NCBI GenBank assembly: GCA_043784785.1
Contig: JAYVXY010000132.1
Coordinates: 2,931-66,930 of the forward strand
DNA from: Aestuariivirga sp.
Lineage (GTDB): Bacteria; Pseudomonadota; Alphaproteobacteria; Rhizobiales; Aestuariivirgaceae
Direction of reading: 5' to 3'
Length of the DNA stretch: 64,000 bases
Shown here: positions 51,774-60,476 of the stretch, piece after piece
Numbering within the stretch: position 1 is the first letter of the stretch
Layout: the number at the start of each line of letters is the position of its first letter
Position numbers and translations under genes: made by a program
Notes under the pieces: model-generated
The model's database searches: none
What the model saw: only the letters and a program-made list of their open reading frames with translations
Told to the model about the DNA's origin: nothing

Positions 51774-53302
51774 CTTTGGTTGCCGAACCCAGTCTGGAAA
51801 AACCGCTCACCGTTGCCATTCTCGCCATGGGCGGCCAGGGCGGTGGAGTGTTGGCCGATTGGATTGTCGCGGTCGCCGAGTCCAATGGCTGGTATGCCCA
51901 GTCGACCTCGGTTCCCGGCGTCGCACAACGTACGGGCGCCACGCTTTACTACATTGAAATGCTGCCTCCGCGTGGCGCCATGGCACCGGTTTTGGCCCTC
52001 ATGCCAACGCCAGGCGATGTCGATGTGGTGATCGCTTCGGAACTCATGGAAGCGGGCCGCTCGATTTTGCGCGGGCTTGCAACACCTGATCGCACTGTGT
52101 TGATCACTTCTACTCACCGCGCTTACGCTATTTCCGAAAAAGAAAAACCAGGTGAAGGCATTGGCGATCCGCGCTCTGTGAATGCGGCGGCAGGCATTGC
52201 TGCAAAGCGCGTTATCTCTTTTGATATGGATGACGTGGCGCACCAGAATGGTACGGTGGTTTCATCGCCCATTCTCGGGGCTCTTGCGGGTGCGGGCGTT
52301 TTGCCGTTCTCGCGCGATAGTTTTGAAGCTGTGATCAGTGTCGGTGGCAGAGGTGTTGCGGCATCGCTCAAAGGTTTTGGCGCGGGTTTCGATTTAGCTG
52401 CGGCCAATGAATTACCAGCGGCCCGCATTGCGCCCGAAAAGGTTTTTGAAGCCGTGCCGCAAAGCCTGGGCCATGCCAAGCTTGATATGCTGTTGCCGCG
52501 ATTCAGGGCTTTGCCGGATAGCGTGCAGAGCATGGCGCTGGCCGGGTTTAAGCGCGTGGTTGATTTTCAGGATGTGGCTTATGGCAGCACTTATCTTGAT
52601 CGGCTGGAAACGCTGTACATGGCTGATGTTCAGGCCGGCGGTGCGGCCAAGGCCTTTGCTTTTACAGCAGCAACTGCAAAATATCTGGCCAATGCGATGT
52701 CTTATGATGATGTGATTGGTGTCGCTGATCTTAAAACCCGTTCCAGCCGCTTTGCGCGCATTGCCAGAGAGATGCAGGTTCGAAACAATGAGCCGATTTA
52801 CTTCACTGAGTTCATGCATCCGCGCGCGGAGGAATTGGTGAGTATGTTGCCGGCAAAATTGGGCGTTTGGGTTTCTGTCAGACCCAGCTTAATGGCTTGG
52901 CTGGACCGACGCATCAACAAGGGCCGCAATGTTGAGACGGCGAAGCTCTCAGGCTTCTTGCAGCTCTATGCAATTTCTTCCTTGCGGCGATTTCGGCGCG
53001 GTCTATTGCGCCATAAACGCGAGATGGAGCATGTCGAAATTTGGCTGGCCTTGGCCTTGCGACACTTGCCACAGAATTATGGTTTGGCGCGTGGCATTGT
53101 TTCAACCAGGCGGTTGATCAAGGGCTATTCCGACACCCATGCACGCGGACTTTCAAAATATGACCGTGTGCTATCTGCGGTTCCCGTGTTGGCAAACAGA
53201 GATGATGCCGATATCTGGATGGATCGATTGATTTCAATTGCGTTGAAAGATGAAAATGGCACAGCGCTTGACGGGGCGATCTTGACGCTAAAGTCACTTT
53301 GA
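51770..53302 (+). CDS. iorB: Indolepyruvate oxidoreductase beta-subunit family protein (long form with C-terminal extension)
   Basis: AMGGQGGGVL, SVPGVAQRTGAT, ELMEAGR, MSYDD..VADLK. Confidence 0.9.
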   Translation: MTLVAEPSLEKPLTVAILAMGGQGGGVLADWIVAVAESNGWYAQSTSVPGVAQRTGATLYYIEMLPPRGAMAPVLALMPTPGDVDVVIASELMEAGRSILRGLATPDRTVLITSTHRAYAISEKEKPGEGIGDPRSVNAAAGIAAKRVISFDMDDVAHQNGTVVSSPILGALAGAGVLPFSRDSFEAVISVGGRGVAASLKGFGAGFDLAAANELPAARIAPEKVFEAVPQSLGHAKLDMLLPRFRALPDSVQSMALAGFKRVVDFQDVAYGSTYLDRLETLYMADVQAGGAAKAFAFTAATAKYLANAMSYDDVIGVADLKTRSSRFARIAREMQVRNNEPIYFTEFMHPRAEELVSMLPAKLGVWVSVRPSLMAWLDRRINKGRNVETAKLSGFLQLYAISSLRRFRRGLLRHKREMEHVEIWLALALRHLPQNYGLARGIVSTRRLIKGYSDTHARGLSKYDRVLSAVPVLANRDDADIWMDRLISIALKDENGTALDGAILTLKSL

Positions 53303-53818
53303 TGGATCAGAGTTGTCCAATCTGATATTGCGTAAGACCTTCTGCATTGTCGCCACAAACCGGGTGAATTCATCCTCGCCAATGTCGCGGAACATCTGCT
53401 CGTAATGATTGAACATGATGGGCCAGAATTCGGCAAACGCGTTGCGGCCTTCGGGTGTCAGCTGCACTTCGCGCACGCGCATGTCATTGGCCCGCAAAGC
53501 GCGTTTTACAAAGCCACGCGTTTCAAGATTATCAAGTGTGCGGCTCATGGTGGATTGTTCCGTCACAGTCAGAACTGAAAGCTCGTTGATGTTGAGGCCT
53601 GAGTTGATGCTCAGCACGGCCAGCACGCGCATTTGCGGCGTGGTGAGATTGAACTTGCGCAGCTCGGCCGCGAGGTCGGCGTTCCAGGTGGCTGCGATGC
53701 GATTCATCAAATAGGGCACGAAAAAATTGAGGCCGATTTCTGCAAGTGACGGCATAGAGGTATCGGCTGCGGCCTCACGGTGAAGCACGCCTTGCAGGAA
53801 GTCCATTTTTCCAACCAC
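53294..53818 (-). CDS. MarR-family regulator
   Basis: FVPYLMNR, EQSTMSRTLD.LE..G.V.R..D.R winged helix; start uncertain. Confidence 0.9.
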   Translation of the reverse strand: MVGKMDFLQGVLHREAAADTSMPSLAEIGLNFFVPYLMNRIAATWNADLAAELRKFNLTTPQMRVLAVLSINSGLNINELSVLTVTEQSTMSRTLDNLETRGFVKRALRANDMRVREVQLTPEGRNAFAEFWPIMFNHYEQMFRDIGEDEFTRFVATMQKVLRNIRLDNSDPSK

Positions 53819-55392
53819 TATGTGAGTGCCTCCGCAAGCAAGAAACCAGAACCGCCGCCCAGACCTGCACCGGGATGGGTTGAAGCACCGATGTGATATA
53901 ATCGCTTCACGGATGTTTCGTGATTGGTTGTGCCCCGCAAGGGTCGCCAGAGGAAGAACTGGTCGATCGAGCAGGCACCGCCATAGGGATCGCCGCCGAC
54001 GAGATTGATATTCATGGCCTCAAGATCAGCTGGTGAATAGCAGCGGCGCTTGATGATGGAGGCTTTGAATCCCGTGATGTGTTTGGCAAGGATGGCTTCG
54101 ACACGGTCAGCATAGACTTCACGCAACGCTTCGGTCCACTGGCCATCCTTCGGCACCTTGATCTCGCCTGCAGCATCGCCTTTCACATGGCGCGGCGCTT
54201 CGGGGAGTTGCAGCCACAATATGGCCTTGCCCTCAGGTGCGCGCGAAGGGTCAAAAGCCGTGGGCTGGCCTAAGCAAATGGTGGGCTCCACGGGCAGCAT
54301 GCCACGCTCGGCTTCGTTGACGGCTTTTGAAACACCATCAAGGCCCGAGGTGAAATGGAGCAGCGCAACTTTGGCCAGGTCAGGCGATTTCCACTTGGGC
54401 GGTGCTTTCAAAGCATAATGGATTTGCATATTGCCTTTGCCATGGACAAAGCCTTTGGCCTGCGTCCGCAATGCTTCTGAAGGCTGATGATTTTTCAACA
54501 GGCGGCCATAAAGTTGCGAAGGTGTCATGGAGCAAATCACACCTTGCGCAGCAGAGATTTTTTCACCTGAGGCCAGCATCACACCTGTGGCGCGGCCTGC
54601 ATCATCAACAACCACTTCACTCACGTCAGCACCGGTTCTGATCTCGCCGCCATGATCGTGGATCAATTGCTCGAAGGCTTTCAAAATATTAGCGGCACCG
54701 CCCTTGACGATGGGGGCACCAGCGGCTTCCAAAGCGAAGGCAATAACCTTGGCCATTTGGCCTGAGTAAGCAGATTCAGGCCCCAGCCCCGTATGCAACA
54801 CCCAAGGCGCCATCAAGGCATGGAACAAATCAGACTGATAGTGCGGTTCAAGCCAATGGCGGGCTGGAATGAGGGCTTCGCCAAAAAACGACGAGAGGGC
54901 GCGGGGGCCGCGCTTCCACGCCTCGCGCAACACGGTTTTGGCCATGGCCCAAGACCAGAGCCTGCCACCCAGCAACGCAAACAGGAAAGGCGCATTGGCC
55001 CCCAGCTTGTCCATATCAGCGGCATATTGCTTGCCGTCACCAGCCGCCAGTTTTTCGAATGCTGTTATATTGGCAGCACGGTCTCGTCCGAGTGTGAGGC
55101 TCGAACCATCAGGGCGCAACACACCTGTGGGAATTTCGGGATGAGCGAATTCAAGGCCGCGCTTGGTCAGCTCTGGGGCCAAGGCCGCATAGGCAGGGGA
55201 GAGCAGAAACAACACAAAGGTTGTGGCCATCACATCGTGGGTGAAGCCCGGCACCGTGGCCTCTTGCGTGCAGATGCAACCGCCAATCACATCATTGCGC
55301 TCAAGCAGCAGAACCTTCTTGCCCTTGAGAGCAAGAAGGGAACCCGCTACCAGCGCATTGACTCCACTACCGACGATCACATAATCGGTCAC
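53818..55392 (-). CDS. Phytoene desaturase-like FAD-dependent oxidoreductase (copy 2)
   Basis: VVGSGVNAL, ER...GG, PGFTHD, C-terminal LYHIGASTHPGAGLGGGSG. Confidence 0.9.
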   Translation of the reverse strand: MTDYVIVGSGVNALVAGSLLALKGKKVLLLERNDVIGGCICTQEATVPGFTHDVMATTFVLFLLSPAYAALAPELTKRGLEFAHPEIPTGVLRPDGSSLTLGRDRAANITAFEKLAAGDGKQYAADMDKLGANAPFLFALLGGRLWSWAMAKTVLREAWKRGPRALSSFFGEALIPARHWLEPHYQSDLFHALMAPWVLHTGLGPESAYSGQMAKVIAFALEAAGAPIVKGGAANILKAFEQLIHDHGGEIRTGADVSEVVVDDAGRATGVMLASGEKISAAQGVICSMTPSQLYGRLLKNHQPSEALRTQAKGFVHGKGNMQIHYALKAPPKWKSPDLAKVALLHFTSGLDGVSKAVNEAERGMLPVEPTICLGQPTAFDPSRAPEGKAILWLQLPEAPRHVKGDAAGEIKVPKDGQWTEALREVYADRVEAILAKHITGFKASIIKRRCYSPADLEAMNINLVGGDPYGGACSIDQFFLWRPLRGTTNHETSVKRLYHIGASTHPGAGLGGGSGFLLAEALT

Positions 55393-55404
55393 CGTGGTTA
55401 TGCC

Positions 55405-56232
55405 TTATTTTCCAACAAGAGCTAACACCCGCAAGGGGCTTCCCGTGCCGTTCTTGATTTTTAGCGGAGCTGCAATGATCACAGCGCCTTTGGGCGGCAG
55501 CTTGTCGAGATTGCACAGGCTGGCAAGGCCATAGCGATTAGCTTTGTGCATGAGGTTATGGGCCGGGAATGGTGGGTCCATACCGCCGGCCGAACCAGCA
55601 TCGGTTCCTACAGTTTCCGAACCCCAGCCAATAATGCCGCGCTTCAACAGATAATGAATGGTTTCTGCGGTCGGGCCAGGTGAGTGTGGGCCGTTTTCAT
55701 CGACGTTCAAGAAGGTTTCTTCACTCTCATTGCGCTTATACCAATCGGTGCGCATCACAACCCATGTGCCCTTCTCGATCTTGCCGTGTTGTTCTTCCCA
55801 GGCCTTCACATGCTCGACGGTCAACAGAAAATCTGGATTCTTTTTTACTTGCTTGCTGCAATCGATAACATTCACAGGGGCCACGAAATTCTTGGGCGCA
55901 ATGGTGTCGGTCGAACCATCCTTATAATCCTTGCCGGTGATCCAGTGTTGTGGCGCATCGAAATGCGTTCCCGAATGTTCGCCCAGCTTAAGCCAGTTCC
56001 AAGCCCAGTAAGGGCCCTTGTCATCATAGTGAGAAATGGTGTGGATTTCGATTTTCGGCGTGTTCAGTCCGATGGAGGGCGGCAGCTTGATGAGCGGCGT
56101 GTCAGGGCCCAGCGTGGCGGTCAAATCGATCACCTTCACTTTGCCGGTCAGCAATGCTTCGGCCATGCTGGTAAGTGAATTCTTTTTTGCCGCGATCTTG
56201 CGTACAGGTTTTTTTGCTGCCTTCTTAGCCAT
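55405..56232 (-). CDS. Cyclase-family amidohydrolase, isatin hydrolase-like
   Basis: WAWNWLKLGEHSGTHFDAPQHWITGKDY (HxGTHxDxPxH metal motif), GPHSPGP, GTDAG..GGMDPPFPAH, KIKNGTGSP; closely resembles the Labrenzia isatin hydrolase as I recall it, not searched. Confidence 0.85.
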   Translation of the reverse strand: MAKKAAKKPVRKIAAKKNSLTSMAEALLTGKVKVIDLTATLGPDTPLIKLPPSIGLNTPKIEIHTISHYDDKGPYWAWNWLKLGEHSGTHFDAPQHWITGKDYKDGSTDTIAPKNFVAPVNVIDCSKQVKKNPDFLLTVEHVKAWEEQHGKIEKGTWVVMRTDWYKRNESEETFLNVDENGPHSPGPTAETIHYLLKRGIIGWGSETVGTDAGSAGGMDPPFPAHNLMHKANRYGLASLCNLDKLPPKGAVIIAAPLKIKNGTGSPLRVLALVGK

Positions 56233-56388
56233 GGTTTCCTCGCCTTGTTGTTTTATGCCCAGCTGGTTCGCTGCCTGAGCTTTTGTGAGAGACTATTGCA
56301 ATCCCATGAATTTTCAAGTTTCAATTTCAACTAAATCCACTGAATTTTGACATGACAGCCGCTATTGCATGATTTTGCAAGGACTGGA

Positions 56389-57972
56389 TCAGACCCCGGC
56401 TAACATCTTGCCCAACAAATAACCAGAGCCGGCACCGGTGCCCGCCCCCGGCCAAGTTGCTGCACCGCACATGTACAGCTTGCCGATCGGCATTTTATAA
56501 CGCGAATAGCCGGCCACGGGGCGGAAAAGGAAATTCTGATCGAGATGATGGCTGCCGGAGAGATTGTCACCGCCAATGAGACAGGGATTTTCGCTTTCCA
56601 AATCATCTGGTGAGAAGACAGCGCGACCGATGATTTTGGATCTTGTGCCCGGTGCATAGGTTTCAATGATATCAAGCACACGCTCGGCATAGGTTTCTTT
56701 GATTGCGCTCCACTCCAGGCCAGCAATAACATTGGCCGCATCGCCTTTGATGTGCTTTGGCAGAACGCGCACTTGCACCCACAACACATGTTTTCCGGCT
56801 GGTGCACGGCTTGGATCAATGGCGGTGGGCTGGCCCACTACCAGTACGGGGGCTTTGGGCAGCAGGCCATCCATGGCTTGGGTGTAGGCCGATGTCATAT
56901 AATCAAATGAAGGTGCAATATGCACATAGGCGAATTTGCTCAATGCCTCACCCGCCTTCCAATCCAGTGGGCTATTCAGTGCCAGATGCAGCATCATGGT
57001 GCCGGGGCCGGGGCGGAAGTTTTTGAATTTTGCATCAAGGCCAACATTGCCGCTGCCACTTGGCAGAAGCCGGTTGAACAAGACCCAAGGCGTGACATTG
57101 GCGATGACGGCCTTGCGCGCAGTGATGCGCTGGCCACCAGCTAAAATCACACCATCTGCTTTGCCCTGCCCGCTGATGATTTCCGTCACGGGTGTTGAAA
57201 GGTGCAATTCACCGCCCAGCTCTTTAAGATAGGCGGTCATGGCCATGATCATCGTATCGGCACCGCCCTTTCCAATGACCATGCCAAAAGCTTGGTTGGC
57301 CATGGATTCAAGGTAAGGAAAAAGAGCCCCGCCCGCGATATCAGGCGCAAAATCAAGATGCATGCCCCAAGCGCCAAGCGTGGCTTTGACTTTTGGGTTT
57401 TCGAAACTGGCATCCAACCAAGTGCGCGGCGAAGACAGCAGAAACCGCAGCATATCAAATACCCAAGCCGTGCCCATTTTACGCCACGCCTGCCACACCA
57501 CCTTTGCAGCCGCCCAAGAGGGCATGGTGTTGCCGAGCAGGCCAAAGATGTGAGGCGCGTCATTACCAAATTGCTGCAACATGCGCTGCCAGCTTTCGGC
57601 ATCATGCGGGTTGATTGCATGAAGCCGGTCCAATGTCTGCGCAAGCGTTTTTGACACGCCAAACCAGGTTCCGTCATTGAAGACCGAGGCAAAGCAGTCC
57701 TCTGCCGGGGCAAAGGCCAGACCATGGCGGCCCAATGCCTCGCCATATTCTTTCAAGAAGGGTGAGCCTGCAAACATGGAAAGATTCATAGCGCAGAGGT
57801 CGTGGCGGAAACCTGGCAGAGTCAACGCGCGGGTTTTGATTGCGCCACCTGCTTCAGCATTGTCTTCATAGACGGCCACCCGCCAGCCGCGTTTGGCCAG
57901 ATGAATGGCAGCGGCCAAACCATTATGTCCGGCACCGACAATTACGGCATCATAGGTTTTTGGCTCTGTCAT
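56389..57972 (-). CDS. Phytoene desaturase-like FAD-dependent oxidoreductase (copy 1)
   Basis: IVGAGHNGL, PGFRHD, C-terminal LYMCGAATWPGAGTGAGSG; start 57972 or 57987. Confidence 0.9.
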   Translation of the reverse strand: MTEPKTYDAVIVGAGHNGLAAAIHLAKRGWRVAVYEDNAEAGGAIKTRALTLPGFRHDLCAMNLSMFAGSPFLKEYGEALGRHGLAFAPAEDCFASVFNDGTWFGVSKTLAQTLDRLHAINPHDAESWQRMLQQFGNDAPHIFGLLGNTMPSWAAAKVVWQAWRKMGTAWVFDMLRFLLSSPRTWLDASFENPKVKATLGAWGMHLDFAPDIAGGALFPYLESMANQAFGMVIGKGGADTMIMAMTAYLKELGGELHLSTPVTEIISGQGKADGVILAGGQRITARKAVIANVTPWVLFNRLLPSGSGNVGLDAKFKNFRPGPGTMMLHLALNSPLDWKAGEALSKFAYVHIAPSFDYMTSAYTQAMDGLLPKAPVLVVGQPTAIDPSRAPAGKHVLWVQVRVLPKHIKGDAANVIAGLEWSAIKETYAERVLDIIETYAPGTRSKIIGRAVFSPDDLESENPCLIGGDNLSGSHHLDQNFLFRPVAGYSRYKMPIGKLYMCGAATWPGAGTGAGSGYLLGKMLAGV

Positions 57973-58190
57973 GGCAAACTCCGGCATGGCGAACTCCTGC
58001 CTTTTTGTTCTTTAGCAACGCGGTCATCAGCCGTAAACGTCTATCGCATTTGCATGCATATGCATATTTCAACTTTCTATTTCTGATAAATTCAGACATT
58101 TCCTCGCATTACTCTTGTGCAAACAGATTTTTCATATTTAAAATAAATTGCCGATAGGCGCTCATAATAAAACATGGAGGAACGACACAA

Positions 58191-58778
58191 ATGAAACGGA
58201 CGTTAATTGCATTGCTGGCTTTGACTGGCCTCACCCAAACCGCTCTTGCTGGCATGCCCGGCATGAGAGGCCATGACCACACCGGCTTTACCGTGCCGGA
58301 TATGAACCAGGCTGTTACCTTCTTTACCGATATCGTTGGCTGCGAGAAGGCCATGTCATTCGGCCCGTTTAAAGATGATAAGGGAACTTTTATGACAGAT
58401 GCGCTGGGCGTTGATGCCCGCGCCGTAATCGTTGAAATCACCCAAATGCGCTGTGGCGTCGGTTCGAATATCGAACTGTTCAAATACACGGCACCAGATC
58501 AAAAAGTGATCATTCAGAAAAACAGCGACATCGGCGCTTACCATATCGCCTTCTATGTCGACGACGTAAAGGCCGTGAAAGTTTTTTTCGACTCAAAAGG
58601 TGTAGCGTCTAGAATGGGGCCAATTCCGGTGGATCAGGGCCCTGCCGCCGGTCAGACAATTCTTTATTTTCAAGCTCCTTGGGGCCAACAACTTGAGGCC
58701 ATCAGCTATCCCAAAGGCATGGCCTATGAAAAAGACAGCAAAGTTATTTTGTGGTCGCCCAAAGACCCTGCAAAATAG
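58191..58778 (+). CDS. VOC (glyoxalase/bleomycin-resistance) family protein with predicted signal peptide
   Basis: MKRTLIALLALTGLTQTALA leader; DHTGFTVPD, IELFKY, YHIAFYVDD, YFQAPWG..LE; AGGA-type RBS upstream. Confidence 0.88.
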   Translation: MKRTLIALLALTGLTQTALAGMPGMRGHDHTGFTVPDMNQAVTFFTDIVGCEKAMSFGPFKDDKGTFMTDALGVDARAVIVEITQMRCGVGSNIELFKYTAPDQKVIIQKNSDIGAYHIAFYVDDVKAVKVFFDSKGVASRMGPIPVDQGPAAGQTILYFQAPWGQQLEAISYPKGMAYEKDSKVILWSPKDPAK

Positions 58779-58827
58779 TCAGGCTGCGGGCTGGTTCCCG
58801 ACCCGACCACATGATAGAGATTTCTTC

Positions 58828-58858
58828 GGGCGGAAAGATATTTTCCGCCCTGGTTTTT
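58828..58858 (+). terminator. Probable Rho-independent terminator after the VOC gene
   Basis: GGGCGGAAA-GATAT-TTTCCGCCC stem followed by TGGTTTTT. Confidence 0.55.
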
Positions 58859-58876
58859 ATCTTGAGAGAATATTTC

Positions 58877-59290
58877 ATGGCAGTGAGCTTCACGACGGAT
58901 CGCATGTTGAATTTCGGTGATTGCGATATTTCCGGTACGGCCTATTATCCATCTTATCTCAACATACTCAATGGCGTGATCGAGGAGTTCTGGACCAAGA
59001 TCGGATTTCCCTGGCATGAAATCATCTGGAAGGAACGCTGGGGCACCCCCACAGTCCACCTCACATGCAATTTCTCAAAGCCATCCTATTTCGGAGATAG
59101 GCTGACATTCGGACTGACAGTGACCAAAGTTGGCCGATCATCTGTCACCATCGAGCATACCGTGTATTGTGGCGAAGAAGCGCGCTGGTCTGGGCACTAG
59201 GTTTTGGCTGCAAGCTGGCTTGATAAACATACATCCATGCCTTGGCCCGAGGATGTGAAAGCAAAGCTCATGAGTTTTTTGCCGCAATAG
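58877..59290 (+). pseudogene. 4HBT-like acyl-CoA thioesterase interrupted by an in-frame TAG at 59198-59200
   Basis: FGDCDISGTAYYPSY hotdog motif, KVGRSS; the frame continues after TAG as VLAASWLDKHTSMPWPEDVKAKL to a stop at 59290. Confidence 0.8.
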
Positions 59291-59695
59291 GGGACTCAAG
59301 TTACCCTGACGGTCTTTGCCAGCACAACCGGGCAAAGGAAAGAAAGTGAAATCGCGAATTTGTCAACACGATAGCGGTCGTGGAATATAGTATCCAAATT
59401 TCTTGCAAATTCACGCAGTACGGAAATGCCGTTACTTAAATTCCGCCGCCTGGGATGCAACGCTAAATTTGGATTCAAAATACGGATTGGACTGCAGCAG
59501 CTACGGTCCGCCTGATTGCCACCACACCAGCCCTCAAATAATAAGCACAAGCCGAACTGCATCGTGACTGTGGCAGAGAATGAATTGTGGTGATCGCCTG
59601 CCACCCATCAACACTATCATTTTGCTCTCGAGTTCCGAGCTGGTCATTAAGTAACGATCCGTCCGGGTTCAAGCCAGGAAAGGGACAGAGGCAAT

Positions 59696-59820
59696 CGCAA
59701 AAAAGCTGTAGGTTTATTTGTCGAGTGGCTGGGCCGATTTATCGGAGACACGGCCCTTATGTTTGGCGCGCACAGAGGGAACTATATCGCCAGCGGTATT
59801 GCGCCGCAGATCTTGGACGT
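59696..59820 (+). pseudogene. Glucokinase (Glk) C-terminal relic
   Basis: KAVGLFVEWLGRFIGDTALMFGAHRGNYIASGIAPQILD resembles the Glk motif LF...LGR.AGDLAL...ARGGVYIAGGIAP; no intact 5' part. Confidence 0.65.
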
Positions 59821-59939
59821 GGCGCAGTGGCCATGCTTAAGATGCTCAATGAAGACAGACCGAGGCCTTAAGGATCGACCAACTTCACCCCACACCGAAA
59901 CACCTGTTGGCATTGGTCGAAGCGTACCGCAGAGCCTGA

Positions 59940-60314
59940 TCAGGCTCGGTTAAGATGCGCAAGCAGGCGAAGGAGTGCCGCAACCAGAACATTGACCAGA
60001 CGCGGCCCCTTGGCAACCGCGATGAATTCATCGTCATCACGCATATCGGATGGCCGGAGCGTGCAGCGCCAATGACCGTTTGGTTCGAACGCCTTTCCAT
60101 CGAGATGGATCGACCATCCCGGCGCCGCTTGATCCACCAGATGCAACACCTGATCGGTAGACACTATGCTTCTCCTGTCGCCGCCGGGTTGAACCCCGAT
60201 GCCCTTCAGGAAATCATCAATCATTTCCAGCGCAAGACTGCCAATCGCCTCGTCCACATGTTCAGCAGCCTCAACACGCCGCGCAACATCATCCCATTTT
60301 TCCCAAACTATCAT
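59940..60314 (-). CDS. Hypothetical protein, 124 aa
   Basis: Compact ORF with natural composition, GGGAG-type RBS upstream, divergent from ppsA and sharing an FNR-box region. Confidence 0.6.
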   Translation of the reverse strand: MIVWEKWDDVARRVEAAEHVDEAIGSLALEMIDDFLKGIGVQPGGDRRSIVSTDQVLHLVDQAAPGWSIHLDGKAFEPNGHWRCTLRPSDMRDDDEFIAVAKGPRLVNVLVAALLRLLAHLNRA

Positions 60315-60403
60315 CGGTTGCTCCCTATCGGACTCAGCACGGGCGATTGTCGAGTCCGCCCCGTCTTCTTAGGGAGAAATACAAGGCATTCTCAACAGAC
60401 GCC

Positions 60404-60417
60404 TTGATCAGGATCAA
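60404..60417. promoter_or_regulatory. FNR/FixK box
   Basis: TTGAT-CAGG-ATCAA, perfect consensus, between the hypothetical gene and ppsA. Confidence 0.85.
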
Positions 60418-60476
60418 AGTCGTGGCCGCCGCAAGAGCTTAGCCATGAAGAACCGCCAGCAGTCGCAGAGGCACAG

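Noticed and set aside
53818-57972. Carotenoid biosynthesis operon
   Set aside because: No phytoene synthase, GGPP synthase or lycopene cyclase nearby; the cyclase-family gene is an amidohydrolase and the context is catabolic
59198-59200. Pyrrolysine or other programmed recoding of the thioesterase TAG
   Set aside because: No pyl genes or suppressor tRNA in the window and the position is not catalytic; a nonsense mutation or sequencing error is simpler
59291-59695. Possible tRNA, att site or IS end at the island junction
   Set aside because: No cloverleaf, direct-repeat pair, terminal inverted repeat or transposase-like translation recognised
59932-59947. Perfect 16-bp palindrome GAGCCTGATCAGGCTC
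   Set aside because: Overlaps the stop codon of the hypothetical gene, single copy, no U-tract; function cannot be supported
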